The notes beneath the pieces are model-generated. The model had not been told where the DNA came from, ran no database searches, and saw only the letters and a list, made by a program, of their open reading frames with translations. A stretch of DNA of 63,722 nt, the filler included, from Candidatus Rokuibacteriota bacterium (GTDB lineage: Bacteria; JAUVQV01; DATDCY01): assembly GCA_031406795.1 (NCBI GenBank). It is 5 parts of 5 records of this genome, joined end to end, with 100 filler letters (N's around TTAATTAATTAA, not from the genome) between each part and the next. Parts side by side here need not be neighbours in the genome. Positions count along the whole stretch, not along the records: positions 1 to 27,493 come from JANOHV010000201.1; 4 more parts are not named here. One strand, 5' to 3'. Positions 9,594 to 18,153 of this stretch are shown one piece after another. The position numbers and the translations under genes are program-made. Within the stretch, counting starts at the first letter, position 1; each line of letters starts with the position of its first letter.

Positions 9594-10058
9594 TCACCTT
9601 TGGGGTAAAGACGCAGTGGCGTCCTGGATGTCGGCCCCGGGAAGAGTAATGAAACCCGACTCACGCGCCGCGCTCCGGATGCGCTCGTCGAGCGACAGGA
9701 GAGCGACCCCGGGGACCGCGGCGCGTGCCGCAATCGCCGTCGCAAGGTGGATCGCGTCAAGGGACCGTATGGGCTCCTTCGGAAAGGGGTGGCGTGCCCG
9801 CTCGACTATCTCTTCGTCGACGTGGAACACGATCCAATGCTCCGCCAGTTGTCGTAGCGTGGCCCTGCGATCGGCAGCGACGGCCTCGGTCAGCAGACCG
9901 AGCGTCGTCGCCCGGATGATGACACGATCGCATTCGATCAAGGTGAGATCGGAGGTGAAGATGAGCTCTGCGCCGGCGAGCGCATCCCGGGAATCCGCTG
10001 AGCCATTCTCGCCAAGCAACCAGGCGAGGATGGCGCTCGATTCCGCGTAAAGGATCAA
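9594..10058 (-). CDS. PIN-domain (VapC) toxin
   Basis: ILYAESSA, IRSLDAIHLATA, LSLDERI. Confidence 0.85.
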   Translation of the reverse strand: MILYAESSAILAWLLGENGSADSRDALAGAELIFTSDLTLIECDRVIIRATTLGLLTEAVAADRRATLRQLAEHWIVFHVDEEIVERARHPFPKEPIRSLDAIHLATAIAARAAVPGVALLSLDERIRSAARESGFITLPGADIQDATASLPQR

Positions 10059-10345
10059 CGCGGGCCCCGCTCCTCATCAAGCAGCTTGAGTACTTCGCCC
10101 TTCGGCATGAAGGGGACGTACCGTGGATACAAGTCCGGGCGGTTTTCCGAACCCTGCCGCACCCGTCCCTGACGGACAAGTATCATTAAGCCGGGATAGG
10201 GAGATTCCAACGTGGACGGACCCGGCTCACGAAGCGTGGCGACGACGGCACCTCGGTCGGTGACGAGAATCTCCTCGCCCTGTCGTACAAGACGTAGGTA
10301 CTCACTCAGTCGGTTCTTGAGTTCCCGGACGCCAACAACTTTCAT
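10055..10345 (-). CDS. Phd/YefM-family antitoxin
   Basis: MKVVGVRELKNRLSEYLRLV..GEEILVTDRG; overlaps toxin start. Confidence 0.85.
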   Translation of the reverse strand: MKVVGVRELKNRLSEYLRLVRQGEEILVTDRGAVVATLREPGPSTLESPYPGLMILVRQGRVRQGSENRPDLYPRYVPFMPKGEVLKLLDEERGPR

Positions 10346-10351
10346 AACACC

Positions 10352-10380
10352 AATGTAGCTACGCGAGGCTACATAGTCAA
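10352..10380 (-). promoter_or_regulatory. TA promoter with overlapping palindromic operator
   Basis: TTGACT-17-TACATT 6 nt before ATG; ATGTAGC-N8-GCTACAT inverted repeat. Confidence 0.65.
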
Positions 10381-10414
10381 TACTTGTTGTCGTTGTGGAG
10401 GGCCCCGGCAGCAA

Positions 10415-10654
10415 TCATGACTGCTCGTAGGCCTTCAAGAAATCATCCCTGCTGATACCGGCCGGGGTGCAGATCGTTCGCAGAGTGGAACTTCTTAACG
10501 TGAGATGGTTGGGCAAGGTCAGGGGAGTCCGACTTCAATCGGCGTTGGCACGAACCAGAGAGATATGCGACCCCTCCCTCACGGGATTGAACCTAAGTGC
10601 CGCCAGCGCCCTCAATACCCTTGCCTTCGGGGCATCGACCGGGAACTTGGTCAT
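10415..10654 (-). pseudogene. hicA: HicA toxin with in-frame TGA at codon 40
   Basis: MTKFPVDAPKARVLRAL..REGSHISL..D*SRTPLTLPNH..STLRTIC..GISRDDFL; stop at 10535-10537. Confidence 0.75.
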
Positions 10655-10881
10655 CAAACCGCTACCTGGGTCTCCGCGACGAAAGCTTCGAGAACCGGCA
10701 TGTCGGCATCAAAGGCGTCGGCCCCAAACGATTCGATGTGGAAGCGTATGGCCGATTCCACGTCCGAAACCGCCGTCTCATAGGTATCGCCTTCGCCCAC
10801 AACGACGCCCTTCATGCCGATGGGATAGGCGACATAGCCATCCGCATGCTTTTCGACGATGATCTTGAACTGGTGGGTCAT
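10654..10881 (-). CDS. hicB: HicB-family antitoxin
   Basis: FKIIVEKHADGYVAY..GEGDTYETAVSDVESAI; TGATG coupling to hicA. Confidence 0.8.
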   Translation of the reverse strand: MTHQFKIIVEKHADGYVAYPIGMKGVVVGEGDTYETAVSDVESAIRFHIESFGADAFDADMPVLEAFVAETQVAV

Positions 10882-10974
10882 TTCTAATCCCCCTTCAGGA
10901 CAAACTGTAGCAGCGTGATCAGTCTCTTTCCACCAGCTCACAGCACCATGCAGAAGTTCTTGTCCGTCGCCCTG

Positions 10975-11169
10975 CCCCGGTTGTGGAAGCCGCGCGTGAA
11001 ACGCTTGCTCTGCGGTCGCCGCACCGCGTTGACGGTTTGCCACGCGATGATCATCGCCATCACCGTAGTCTTGCCGGCGCCGGTGGCTAGTTTCAGTGCC
11101 AGCCGCATCAGCTGCGGGTTGGCATCGTGGAGAGTTCAGGATGGGGTGATCGAAGAACGGATTTGCCAT
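10975..11169 (-). pseudogene. Internally deleted type III restriction (Res) helicase relic
   Basis: N-terminus MANPFFDHPILNSP joined out of frame to LMRLALKLATGAGKTTVMAMIIAWQTVNAVRRP (Walker A region). Confidence 0.65.
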
Positions 11170-11397
11170 CCTCACGGAATCCTTTGCTTCATCGCGCGAC
11201 TCCCCATCCGATGGGTAACCACAACAGAATGGAATTTCAGCATTTTCTGCTGATAGCGGAGTGAAAGTCAATTGCAGGCGGGGACCGAAAGGCACGGAGT
11301 ATCCGGGCTCACGTCCAGTGGGTCGTCTTGTTGAACTCTCCTCAGGGAAGCCGGCAGATTCTCTGAGTGCGAATTGTTATCGGAACGCTCCGCGCCG

Positions 11398-11677
11398 GAA
11401 CGGTTTAGTGTTTGGTGCGGGCGCGATTTTTCGTCCTGGCAAGGCGCGCGACGAAGCGCATGCCGAGACGTACGAGTTGTACGTCGCAGGCAGGCGCGAG
11501 GAGCGCAACGCCGCCAGGGCGGCAAAGCGCCCCGCGCAGAATGGTTTGGTGTTTGGTGCGGGCGCGATTTGTCGTCCTGGCAAGGCGTCCGAGGAATCCC
11601 CCGCGGAGGCGTACGAGTTGTACGCCGCACAAGGGGGTGACGAGGCAACGCCGCCAGGGCGGCAAAGCGCCCCGCGC
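11398..11677. repeat. Tandem dimer (~141-bp period) of palindromic repeat family A (copies 2 and 3)
   Basis: Units 11398-11538 and 11539-11677 share GTGTTTGGTGCGGGCGCGATTT..CCTGGCAAGGCG...CAACGCCGCCAGGGCGGCAAAGCGCCCCGCGC. Confidence 0.9.
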
Positions 11678-13012
11678 CTACAGCCGGACCAGGTGCGTGG
11701 AGCAGGAGATGCAGGGGTCGTAGGAGCGCACCAGCATCTCCAGCCCGAGCGTGACCTCCGCGTCGCTCTTGTGCAGGATGCCGGGCACGAAGGCGCGCAT
11801 GTCCTGCTCGATGCTCGCGAGATTCTGGTTCGTCGGGATCACGCAGTCGGCATCCGTGATGATTCCCGCCGCGTCGATCCGGTAGCGGTGGAAGAGGATC
11901 CCGCGCGGCGCCTCGATCGCGCCGACGCCCTCGCCGGCGTGCACCGGGATCCGGTTGGACTCGTTGATGCCGACGACCAGCGCCTCGCCGGCGTCGATCC
12001 CATGCTCGAGCAGGCCGCCGACCAGCCCGATCGCCTCCTCGAGGCAGTGCGCCGCCTCGACCGTCTGCGCCACGGTGTTCAAGAAGGGGTTGTGGCAGGG
12101 GGCCTTGAGCCCGAGCACCCGCGCCGCCTCCTTGCCGCGCGGCAGCAACTTGTCGTGGTTCAGGTTAAAGCGCGCCAGCGCGCCGACCGTGTAGGACTCG
12201 CGCGAGAGGTGCGTGTGCTTGGCGCTCGAGTGCGGCACGACCTTCTCGTTGGTCGCGCGCCGGTACTCCTTCTTCGCGAGGCGCACGCCGTCGGTCGAGC
12301 CGATGTCCCCCGAGAGCAGCGGGTAGGTGCCGTCGTCGGTGGTCAGCGCGACGTACTCGGTCGGGCGCTCGAAATCCGGGAAGCTCAGCGAGGCGATCAG
12401 CGCCACCGTCGCCTCCATGTCGGGGCGCAGCGCGATCAGCGACTCGTGCATCTGCTCGAGATCGCGCTCGGAGGGGATCTTCGTGAAACCGCCGATGATC
12501 GCCGAGATCGGGTGGACGTGGCGCCCGACCAGCACGTCGGAGAGCTGGTTGACGGTCTTCTTCATCCGCAGCGCGCGGCGGACGACCTTCTCGTGGGAGG
12601 CGACCAGCGGCAGGAAACTCTTCGCGCCGACGAGATCGGGCAACGCGAGCAGGTAGATGTGCAGCACGTGCGAGTCGATGAATTCCAGATCCAGCAGCAG
12701 GCGGCGCAGCGCGATCGTCTGCGCCGACGGGATGACGCCGAGCGCCTCCTCGGCGCCCTGGATCGAGGTCAGCGAGTGCGCGCAGGCGCAGATGCCGCAG
12801 ATGCGGCTGGTGATGTGCTGCGCCTCGAAGATCGAGCGGCCGCGCAGCAGCGCCTCGAAGAAGCGCGGGGACTCCACGATGTCGAAGCGGCAGGCCGCGA
12901 GCACGCCGTCCTTGACCTCGACCACGATGTTCCCGTGGCCCTCGACGCGCGTGAGGTACTCGACCTTCACGCCGAGGTTCCGGGGCGGGGTTGATTCGCC
13001 GCTCGCGTTCAT
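11678..13012 (-). CDS. hydA: [NiFe]-hydrogenase group 3b (sulfhydrogenase) large subunit alpha
   Basis: TRVEGHG, SRICGIC (L1), DPCISCSTH (L2) with short C-terminal extension. Confidence 0.9.
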   Translation of the reverse strand: MNASGESTPPRNLGVKVEYLTRVEGHGNIVVEVKDGVLAACRFDIVESPRFFEALLRGRSIFEAQHITSRICGICACAHSLTSIQGAEEALGVIPSAQTIALRRLLLDLEFIDSHVLHIYLLALPDLVGAKSFLPLVASHEKVVRRALRMKKTVNQLSDVLVGRHVHPISAIIGGFTKIPSERDLEQMHESLIALRPDMEATVALIASLSFPDFERPTEYVALTTDDGTYPLLSGDIGSTDGVRLAKKEYRRATNEKVVPHSSAKHTHLSRESYTVGALARFNLNHDKLLPRGKEAARVLGLKAPCHNPFLNTVAQTVEAAHCLEEAIGLVGGLLEHGIDAGEALVVGINESNRIPVHAGEGVGAIEAPRGILFHRYRIDAAGIITDADCVIPTNQNLASIEQDMRAFVPGILHKSDAEVTLGLEMLVRSYDPCISCSTHLVRL

Positions 13013-13755
13013 GACCGGCCCTCCTCCCGGCAGCGGTTGTACATCTCCATCTTCTTGACGACGTGCTCCAGGCTGATGCCGTGCGCAGTGAGCACCTTGA
13101 GCATCCCCTTCTCGTTCGGGTTGCTGACCAGGCCCCGGCAGCCGTAACAGATGTTGCCGTTGTTGACGCACCAGGAGTTGCAGCCGGCGCGGGTCACCGG
13201 GCCGAGGCAGGTCACCCCCCGGTCGTAGAGGCAGACGTTCTCGTTGCGCTTGCACTCGGTGCAGACCGCCTGGTCGGGCACCGTGTACGGGATCCCCGAG
13301 AGGATGCACTTGAGCACGGTGAGAAACTCGGGGAGGTAGAGCGGACAGCCGTGGATCGAGTATTCCACCGGCACCACCTGGTGCAGCGCGCGGGTCGCCG
13401 TCGTCGGGAAGAGGCGCCGGTCCTCGCCGTAGACGATGCGGCCGACCTCCGTCAGGTCGAGCGCGTTCTTCATGCCGTTGACGCCGCCGGTCGTCGCGCA
13501 CGACCCGAGGGCGACGAGGGTCTTCGTGCGGGCGCGGATCGCCTTGAGCCGCGTGGCCGCGTGCTCGTCGGTGACGCTGCCCTCGACGAAGGCGACATCG
13601 AGAGCGCCGTCCCACTTCTCGGAGATCGCCTCGCGGAACTCGACGATGTCGACCAGGTTCACGATCTCCAGCAGCAGTTCGCCGGCGTTGACCACCTGCA
13701 GCTGGCACCCTTCGCAGCACGACAGATCGAAAAACGCCGTCTTCGGTCGTCTCAT
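13009..13755 (-). CDS. hydD: [NiFe]-hydrogenase group 3b small subunit delta
   Basis: SCCEGC, GSCATTGG, GCP, CTECK, CLGPVTRAGC, CYGCRG. Confidence 0.9.
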   Translation of the reverse strand: MRRPKTAFFDLSCCEGCQLQVVNAGELLLEIVNLVDIVEFREAISEKWDGALDVAFVEGSVTDEHAATRLKAIRARTKTLVALGSCATTGGVNGMKNALDLTEVGRIVYGEDRRLFPTTATRALHQVVPVEYSIHGCPLYLPEFLTVLKCILSGIPYTVPDQAVCTECKRNENVCLYDRGVTCLGPVTRAGCNSWCVNNGNICYGCRGLVSNPNEKGMLKVLTAHGISLEHVVKKMEMYNRCREEGRS

Positions 13756-13792
13756 GCGATTCCTTCCTCCACCATGGAGCGCGTCCGTGAGA

Positions 13793-13989
13793 GAGCGGTG
13801 GCGGGGCGGTGCCGGGCGGCCGCTAGCTGCGCCCTCGACCGGAGCCTGTCCGCCCCTGCGCTCGAAGCGTGCAACTCGCCCTGCGGGCTCAAACAGCACG
13901 CTTCGCCCCTGCGGGGACGCTCCGGTGCGGACGCTCCGGGTCCCTCGGGCTCCGCCATGCGACCACCCAGCACCGCCCCGTCACCGCTC
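13793..13989. repeat. ~197-bp element with 20-bp terminal inverted repeats (family C, MITE-like)
   Basis: GAGCGGTGGCGGGGCGGTGC ... GCACCGCCCCGTCACCGCTC (1 mismatch); internal nested hairpins GAAGCGTG..CACGCTTC. Confidence 0.7.
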
Positions 13990-14007
13990 CTTCCAAAGAC
14001 GGTGATA

Positions 14008-14101
14008 GCGGAGGGGTGACGCGGAGGGGAGGTCTCCATCGGCGGAACGAAGTGAGCACGATGGAGGTCCGCAGCGGCAGGACCCCGAAGCCTGGACGGG
14101 A
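14008..14101. repeat. Repeat family B, copy 1 (~95 bp)
   Basis: GCGGAGGGGT..GGGGAGGTCTCCATCGGCGGA..CGATGGAGGTCCGCAGCG.CAGGACCCCG.AGCC; also at 45396 and 51116. Confidence 0.9.
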
Positions 14102-14113
14102 TACGGGTGCTGT

Positions 14114-14950
14114 TCAAAAGGCCTCCGGCATCCATCTGACGTCGGCGTAGTTGAACACCGGACCATCCTGGCAGCAGTAGAAATTGTGAATCTGGCAGCG
14201 CCCGCACTTGCCCATCCCGCACTTCATATGCCGCTCCAGCGACAGCAGGATCTGCTGCTCCGGGATGTTCTTGGCCAGCAGTTCGCGGATCACGAACTTG
14301 TACATGACCGGCGGGCCGACGACCACCGCGAACGTGCGGTCGGCCTCCATGTCGACGCCGGGGATCAGCGTCGTGATGCGGCCGATCTGGCCGGTCCACT
14401 CCGGGGCGGCCCGGTCGACGGTGCACTCGTAGTGCACGTCCATGCGCCGGCGCCAGCCGTCGATCTCGTCGGCGAACAGGATGTCCTCCGGGGTGCGGCA
14501 GCCGAGCAGGATGTGCGTCTTGCCGAAGTCGCGCCGGTTGTCGAGCACGTAGCGGATCAGGGATCGCAGCGGCGCGATGCCCAGCCCCCCCGCGATGATC
14601 ACCAGGTCGTTGCCCTCGAGGATGCGGATCGGGAAGCCGTGGCCGTAGGGGCCGCGCACGCCGATTTCGTCGCCCGCCTCCAGCCGGTGCAGCGCGCGCG
14701 TGACCTTGCCGACGGCGCGCACGCAGATTTCGAAGGAGGAGCGCACGGTCGGCGAGGAAGCGATCGAGATCGGGATTTCGCCGACCCCGAAAAGCGAGAT
14801 CATGATGAACTGCCCGGGCTCGTAGTCGAGGGTGCGGCCGCCGCCGAGGGCGATCTCGAAGAGTTTCTCGTGCTCGGTCATCTGGCGCGTGCGCAGGATG
14901 CGCGCCGGGCGCGTCTGCCAGTTCGACTCGGGGAGGTGCACGCGATTCAT
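14114..14950 (-). CDS. hydG: Sulfhydrogenase gamma subunit (FAD/NAD(P)-binding, 2Fe-2S)
   Basis: PGQF, RGPYGHGF, AGGLGIAP, ERHMKCGMGKCGRC, CQDGPVF. Confidence 0.9.
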   Translation of the reverse strand: MNRVHLPESNWQTRPARILRTRQMTEHEKLFEIALGGGRTLDYEPGQFIMISLFGVGEIPISIASSPTVRSSFEICVRAVGKVTRALHRLEAGDEIGVRGPYGHGFPIRILEGNDLVIIAGGLGIAPLRSLIRYVLDNRRDFGKTHILLGCRTPEDILFADEIDGWRRRMDVHYECTVDRAAPEWTGQIGRITTLIPGVDMEADRTFAVVVGPPVMYKFVIRELLAKNIPEQQILLSLERHMKCGMGKCGRCQIHNFYCCQDGPVFNYADVRWMPEAF

Positions 14951-16005
14951 GGCCGCTCGCCCTCCTGGCCCCAGGCGAGGGTGTTGAGGGTCTCTTTGAG
15001 CTTGATCCCCGCCATGCAGGTGCGGCTGCAGCGCCCGCAGCCGGTGCAGAAGAAGCGGTGGTACTTCTCGACCGGGTAGGCGAGCTTGCGATAGTAGCGG
15101 TGGCGCTGGCGCGAGCCGCGGCTCTTGCGGAAGTTCTCGCCGCCGGCGACCAGCGCGAACGGCTCGCTCTGGCAGGACTCCCAGGAGCGGATGCGCCGGC
15201 CCGTGGCCAGATCGATGCGGAACTCGTCGCGCACGTCGAAACAGTAGCAGGTCGGGCAGACCATCGTGCAGTTGCCGCAGGCCAGGCAGCGGGCTTCCAG
15301 GTCCTGCCAGACGGGGTGTTCGAGCGCCCGCGCGAAGAGCGCCGGCAGCTTGCGCGGGTCGACGGCGACCTCGTTGCGGAAGATGCCGCGTTTCTTCTCG
15401 CGCAGCGCCCGCAGGGCCTCGAGGTGGCCGGGCGTCGCCGGGGAGAAGTACTTCACGGCGTCGACGATGTCGTCGCCGGCCTGCGTGTTCACGTGCACGA
15501 CGAAGTGGTCCCCGAGGTCGGTCAGGAACAGGTCGTACCCGCCGTTGGGCAGGCTCGCCCCCACGAGCGCGCAGTTGGCGAACTCGTCGCAGTAGCGGTT
15601 GCACTCCAGGCCGATCACCGTGATCCGGCGCTTGCGCAGCAGGTAGTTGTAGTCGCGCGGCCGCTCGGAGAAGACCATGTTCAGGCACTGGATGCCGGCG
15701 ATGTCGCAGGTGTGAACGCCGAAGAGGGTCAGCGGTTCGTCGTTGCCGACGGTCTCGATGTGCATCCCGCGGCGCACGTCGAAGTTCAGCAGCGTCTCGC
15801 GCGCCGGGAGGAAGTACTTCTTCGGCGGCAGGATGGTCGGCACGTACTCCAGCGCGATCTCCCGCGCGGCGTGCACGTGCGCGAAGGCGAAGGTTCCGCT
15901 GCCCTTGGCCACCGGCGCCGCCAGCGGCTGGAGCTTGGCCAGACGGGTGATCAGGCCGTCGAGGTCGTCTTTCCTCAGGACGTGATACTGGAGCATCTCC
16001 TGCAC
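14947..16005 (-). CDS. hydB: Sulfhydrogenase beta subunit (4Fe-4S ferredoxin-like)
   Basis: CLACGNCTMVCPTCYCF and CTGCGRCSRTC motifs. Confidence 0.9.
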   Translation of the reverse strand: MQEMLQYHVLRKDDLDGLITRLAKLQPLAAPVAKGSGTFAFAHVHAAREIALEYVPTILPPKKYFLPARETLLNFDVRRGMHIETVGNDEPLTLFGVHTCDIAGIQCLNMVFSERPRDYNYLLRKRRITVIGLECNRYCDEFANCALVGASLPNGGYDLFLTDLGDHFVVHVNTQAGDDIVDAVKYFSPATPGHLEALRALREKKRGIFRNEVAVDPRKLPALFARALEHPVWQDLEARCLACGNCTMVCPTCYCFDVRDEFRIDLATGRRIRSWESCQSEPFALVAGGENFRKSRGSRQRHRYYRKLAYPVEKYHRFFCTGCGRCSRTCMAGIKLKETLNTLAWGQEGERP

Positions 16006-16129
16006 GCTGCCCTCCCTGCATTCGGCCGCCCCGGGTGTTTAACCGCCGAATTCAGTCTGTATTTACCGTCATCCGCGCTGAAACTTACCGCGGCGTCCCG
16101 GAAAGATCAACGGAGCGGAGCGGTCAGGT

Positions 16130-17956
16130 TTAGGCGGGTTTCGACCCGACCGCGAGCGCCTCGTGCACGATCCTGGCGAGCTGGTCGATTCGGTAGGGCT
16201 TCTTGACGTAGGGGCCGGCCCCCAGCGCCAGCGCCTCCCGCACGCGGTGCGTTTCGGAGAAGCCGCTCGTGATGATCACCCGCAGCTGCGGGCGCAGCGC
16301 CCGGACGAGGCGGTACGTGTCCAGCCCGTCCAGGCCCGGGTCCATGATCATGTCCAGGATCATCAGGTCGGCCGCGCCGGTTTTCAGGTACTCGACCGCG
16401 GCCTCCCCGCTCTGCACCGCGTGGACGCAGTAGCCGAGGCGCTCGAGCATGCGCGCGAGCAGCGTCGTCTGCTCGGGCAGGTCGTCGACGACCAGTATCG
16501 ACTCGCCGTGGCCGCCGGGGTACCCCCCGCCCGGGGCCGGCTCGCGCGCGGCGGACTCCCGTCGGCTCGCGGGGAAATAGAGCACCATCGAACTGCCCTT
16601 GCCGAGCTGACTCTCGACGAGGATGTAGCCCTGGTGGTCCTTCACCGTGCCCCAGACGACGGCAATGCCCAGCCCCGTGCCGCTGCGCCCCATGACTTTC
16701 TTGGTGTAGAACGGTTCGAAGATCCGCTCGCGGTCCTCCGGGGAAATCCCGGCGCCGGTGTCGGCGACCGTGAGGGTGACGTATTCCCCGGGTTTCACGT
16801 GGTCGTAGCCGCGCAGCGGCAGGTCCAGGTACCGGTTTTCGGTCGTCAGGGAAACCGCCCCCGGGGGGGTGATCGCCTCGAACGAGTTGAGCACGAGGTT
16901 CATGACCGACTTGTACAGCGGGAGCGCCCCCCCCTCGATGTTCAGCAGGTCCGGGTCGAAGGCCGTCGTGACCGCGATGCCGGGAAAGCTCAGGTTGAGC
17001 TGGGCGAATTCCGGGCTCCGCAGGTACTCGGCGACGATGTCGTTCAGATTCACCACGTCGGTCACCAGGACGCCCCGGCGGGAGAGGGTCAGCAGGTCCT
17101 GGACGACGGTCGCCGCTTTTTCGCCGGACTTCTTGATCTCCAGCAGCGAGGTCCTGAGGACGCCCTCCTCGGCGCAGTCGAGCAGCAGCAGGTCCGGGTA
17201 CATCACGATGCCGCACAGGATGTTGTTCAGGTCGTGCGCCACGCCGCCCGCCAGGATGCCGAGCGACTCCATCCGCCGCGCCCGCGCCAGCTGGTTCTCG
17301 ATCGCCCGCTTTTCACGCTCCGCGACGATCTTCTCCGTGACGTCGAACAGCACGGCGTGGAAGCCGCACCACCGGTTCTGCTCGTCGTGCAACTGGGAGA
17401 ACGAAATGTCCAGGTGGCGGGTCGCGCCGTCCCTGGCGGTGATCGGGAAATCGTAGACGGTACCGATCGCTTCCTCGCTGGTCGTCCGCCCGGCGCGGAC
17501 GACCAGCTTTCGGAAGTCGCGGCTTCCGGTGAACTCCGCGATTCGTCGCCGCTCCAACTCGTCGCGGCTGTAGCCGGAAATCCGGCACAACGAGTCGTTG
17601 AAGAAGGTCAGCGCGCCGCCCCGGTCGACCTCGACGTAGGCTTCATTCATCTTTTCGAGGATGGAGCGGTACTTCCCCTCGCTCTTGCGCAGCAGGATTT
17701 CCGTGGCGGAGAGCTGCTCGGAGACGCGGGAGAAGGGGTACCAGTGCAGCGGGACCAGGACCAGCGGAATGGCGCCTGAGATGAAGACCCCCATCCATGA
17801 CAGCCGATGAAAGGCCAGCATGATGACGACGGCGAAACCCAGCGAAATAAGTCCCATGGCGAGGGTGGCCACCATCGTGCTCTTGATCGCGCCAAGCCCG
17901 ATGATCCGGCGGAAGATGTCGGAATGACGCCTGGTGGTTCCCGGTGCATGTTGCAT
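16130..17956 (-). CDS. Membrane PAS hybrid sensor histidine kinase with receiver domain
   Basis: Two TM helices, PAS, H-box AHDLNNIL, EPFYTKK..GTGLG, receiver LDMIM. Confidence 0.9.
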   Translation of the reverse strand: MQHAPGTTRRHSDIFRRIIGLGAIKSTMVATLAMGLISLGFAVVIMLAFHRLSWMGVFISGAIPLVLVPLHWYPFSRVSEQLSATEILLRKSEGKYRSILEKMNEAYVEVDRGGALTFFNDSLCRISGYSRDELERRRIAEFTGSRDFRKLVVRAGRTTSEEAIGTVYDFPITARDGATRHLDISFSQLHDEQNRWCGFHAVLFDVTEKIVAEREKRAIENQLARARRMESLGILAGGVAHDLNNILCGIVMYPDLLLLDCAEEGVLRTSLLEIKKSGEKAATVVQDLLTLSRRGVLVTDVVNLNDIVAEYLRSPEFAQLNLSFPGIAVTTAFDPDLLNIEGGALPLYKSVMNLVLNSFEAITPPGAVSLTTENRYLDLPLRGYDHVKPGEYVTLTVADTGAGISPEDRERIFEPFYTKKVMGRSGTGLGIAVVWGTVKDHQGYILVESQLGKGSSMVLYFPASRRESAAREPAPGGGYPGGHGESILVVDDLPEQTTLLARMLERLGYCVHAVQSGEAAVEYLKTGAADLMILDMIMDPGLDGLDTYRLVRALRPQLRVIITSGFSETHRVREALALGAGPYVKKPYRIDQLARIVHEALAVGSKPA

Positions 17957-18153
17957 GGTTTCGAGTATGCCCGCTCTCGGACGCCGCGACAATCGATCTT
18001 TCCGGCCCGAGCCCGAGCCTGATCGCGAAGCTCCGGCTGGAATTGACACGATGCCTCAAGGTCGGGAGAATACGCCACCGCTACGCCACCCGGGCACGGT
18101 TGGACAATCAGGATTTCAAGAGGGGGCACGGCTGCTTGGACAGGAACGAAGCG

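Noticed and set aside
11398..11677. Possible CRISPR array
   Set aside because: Only two ~141-bp units, the variable parts are homologous hairpin arms, and there are no cas genes
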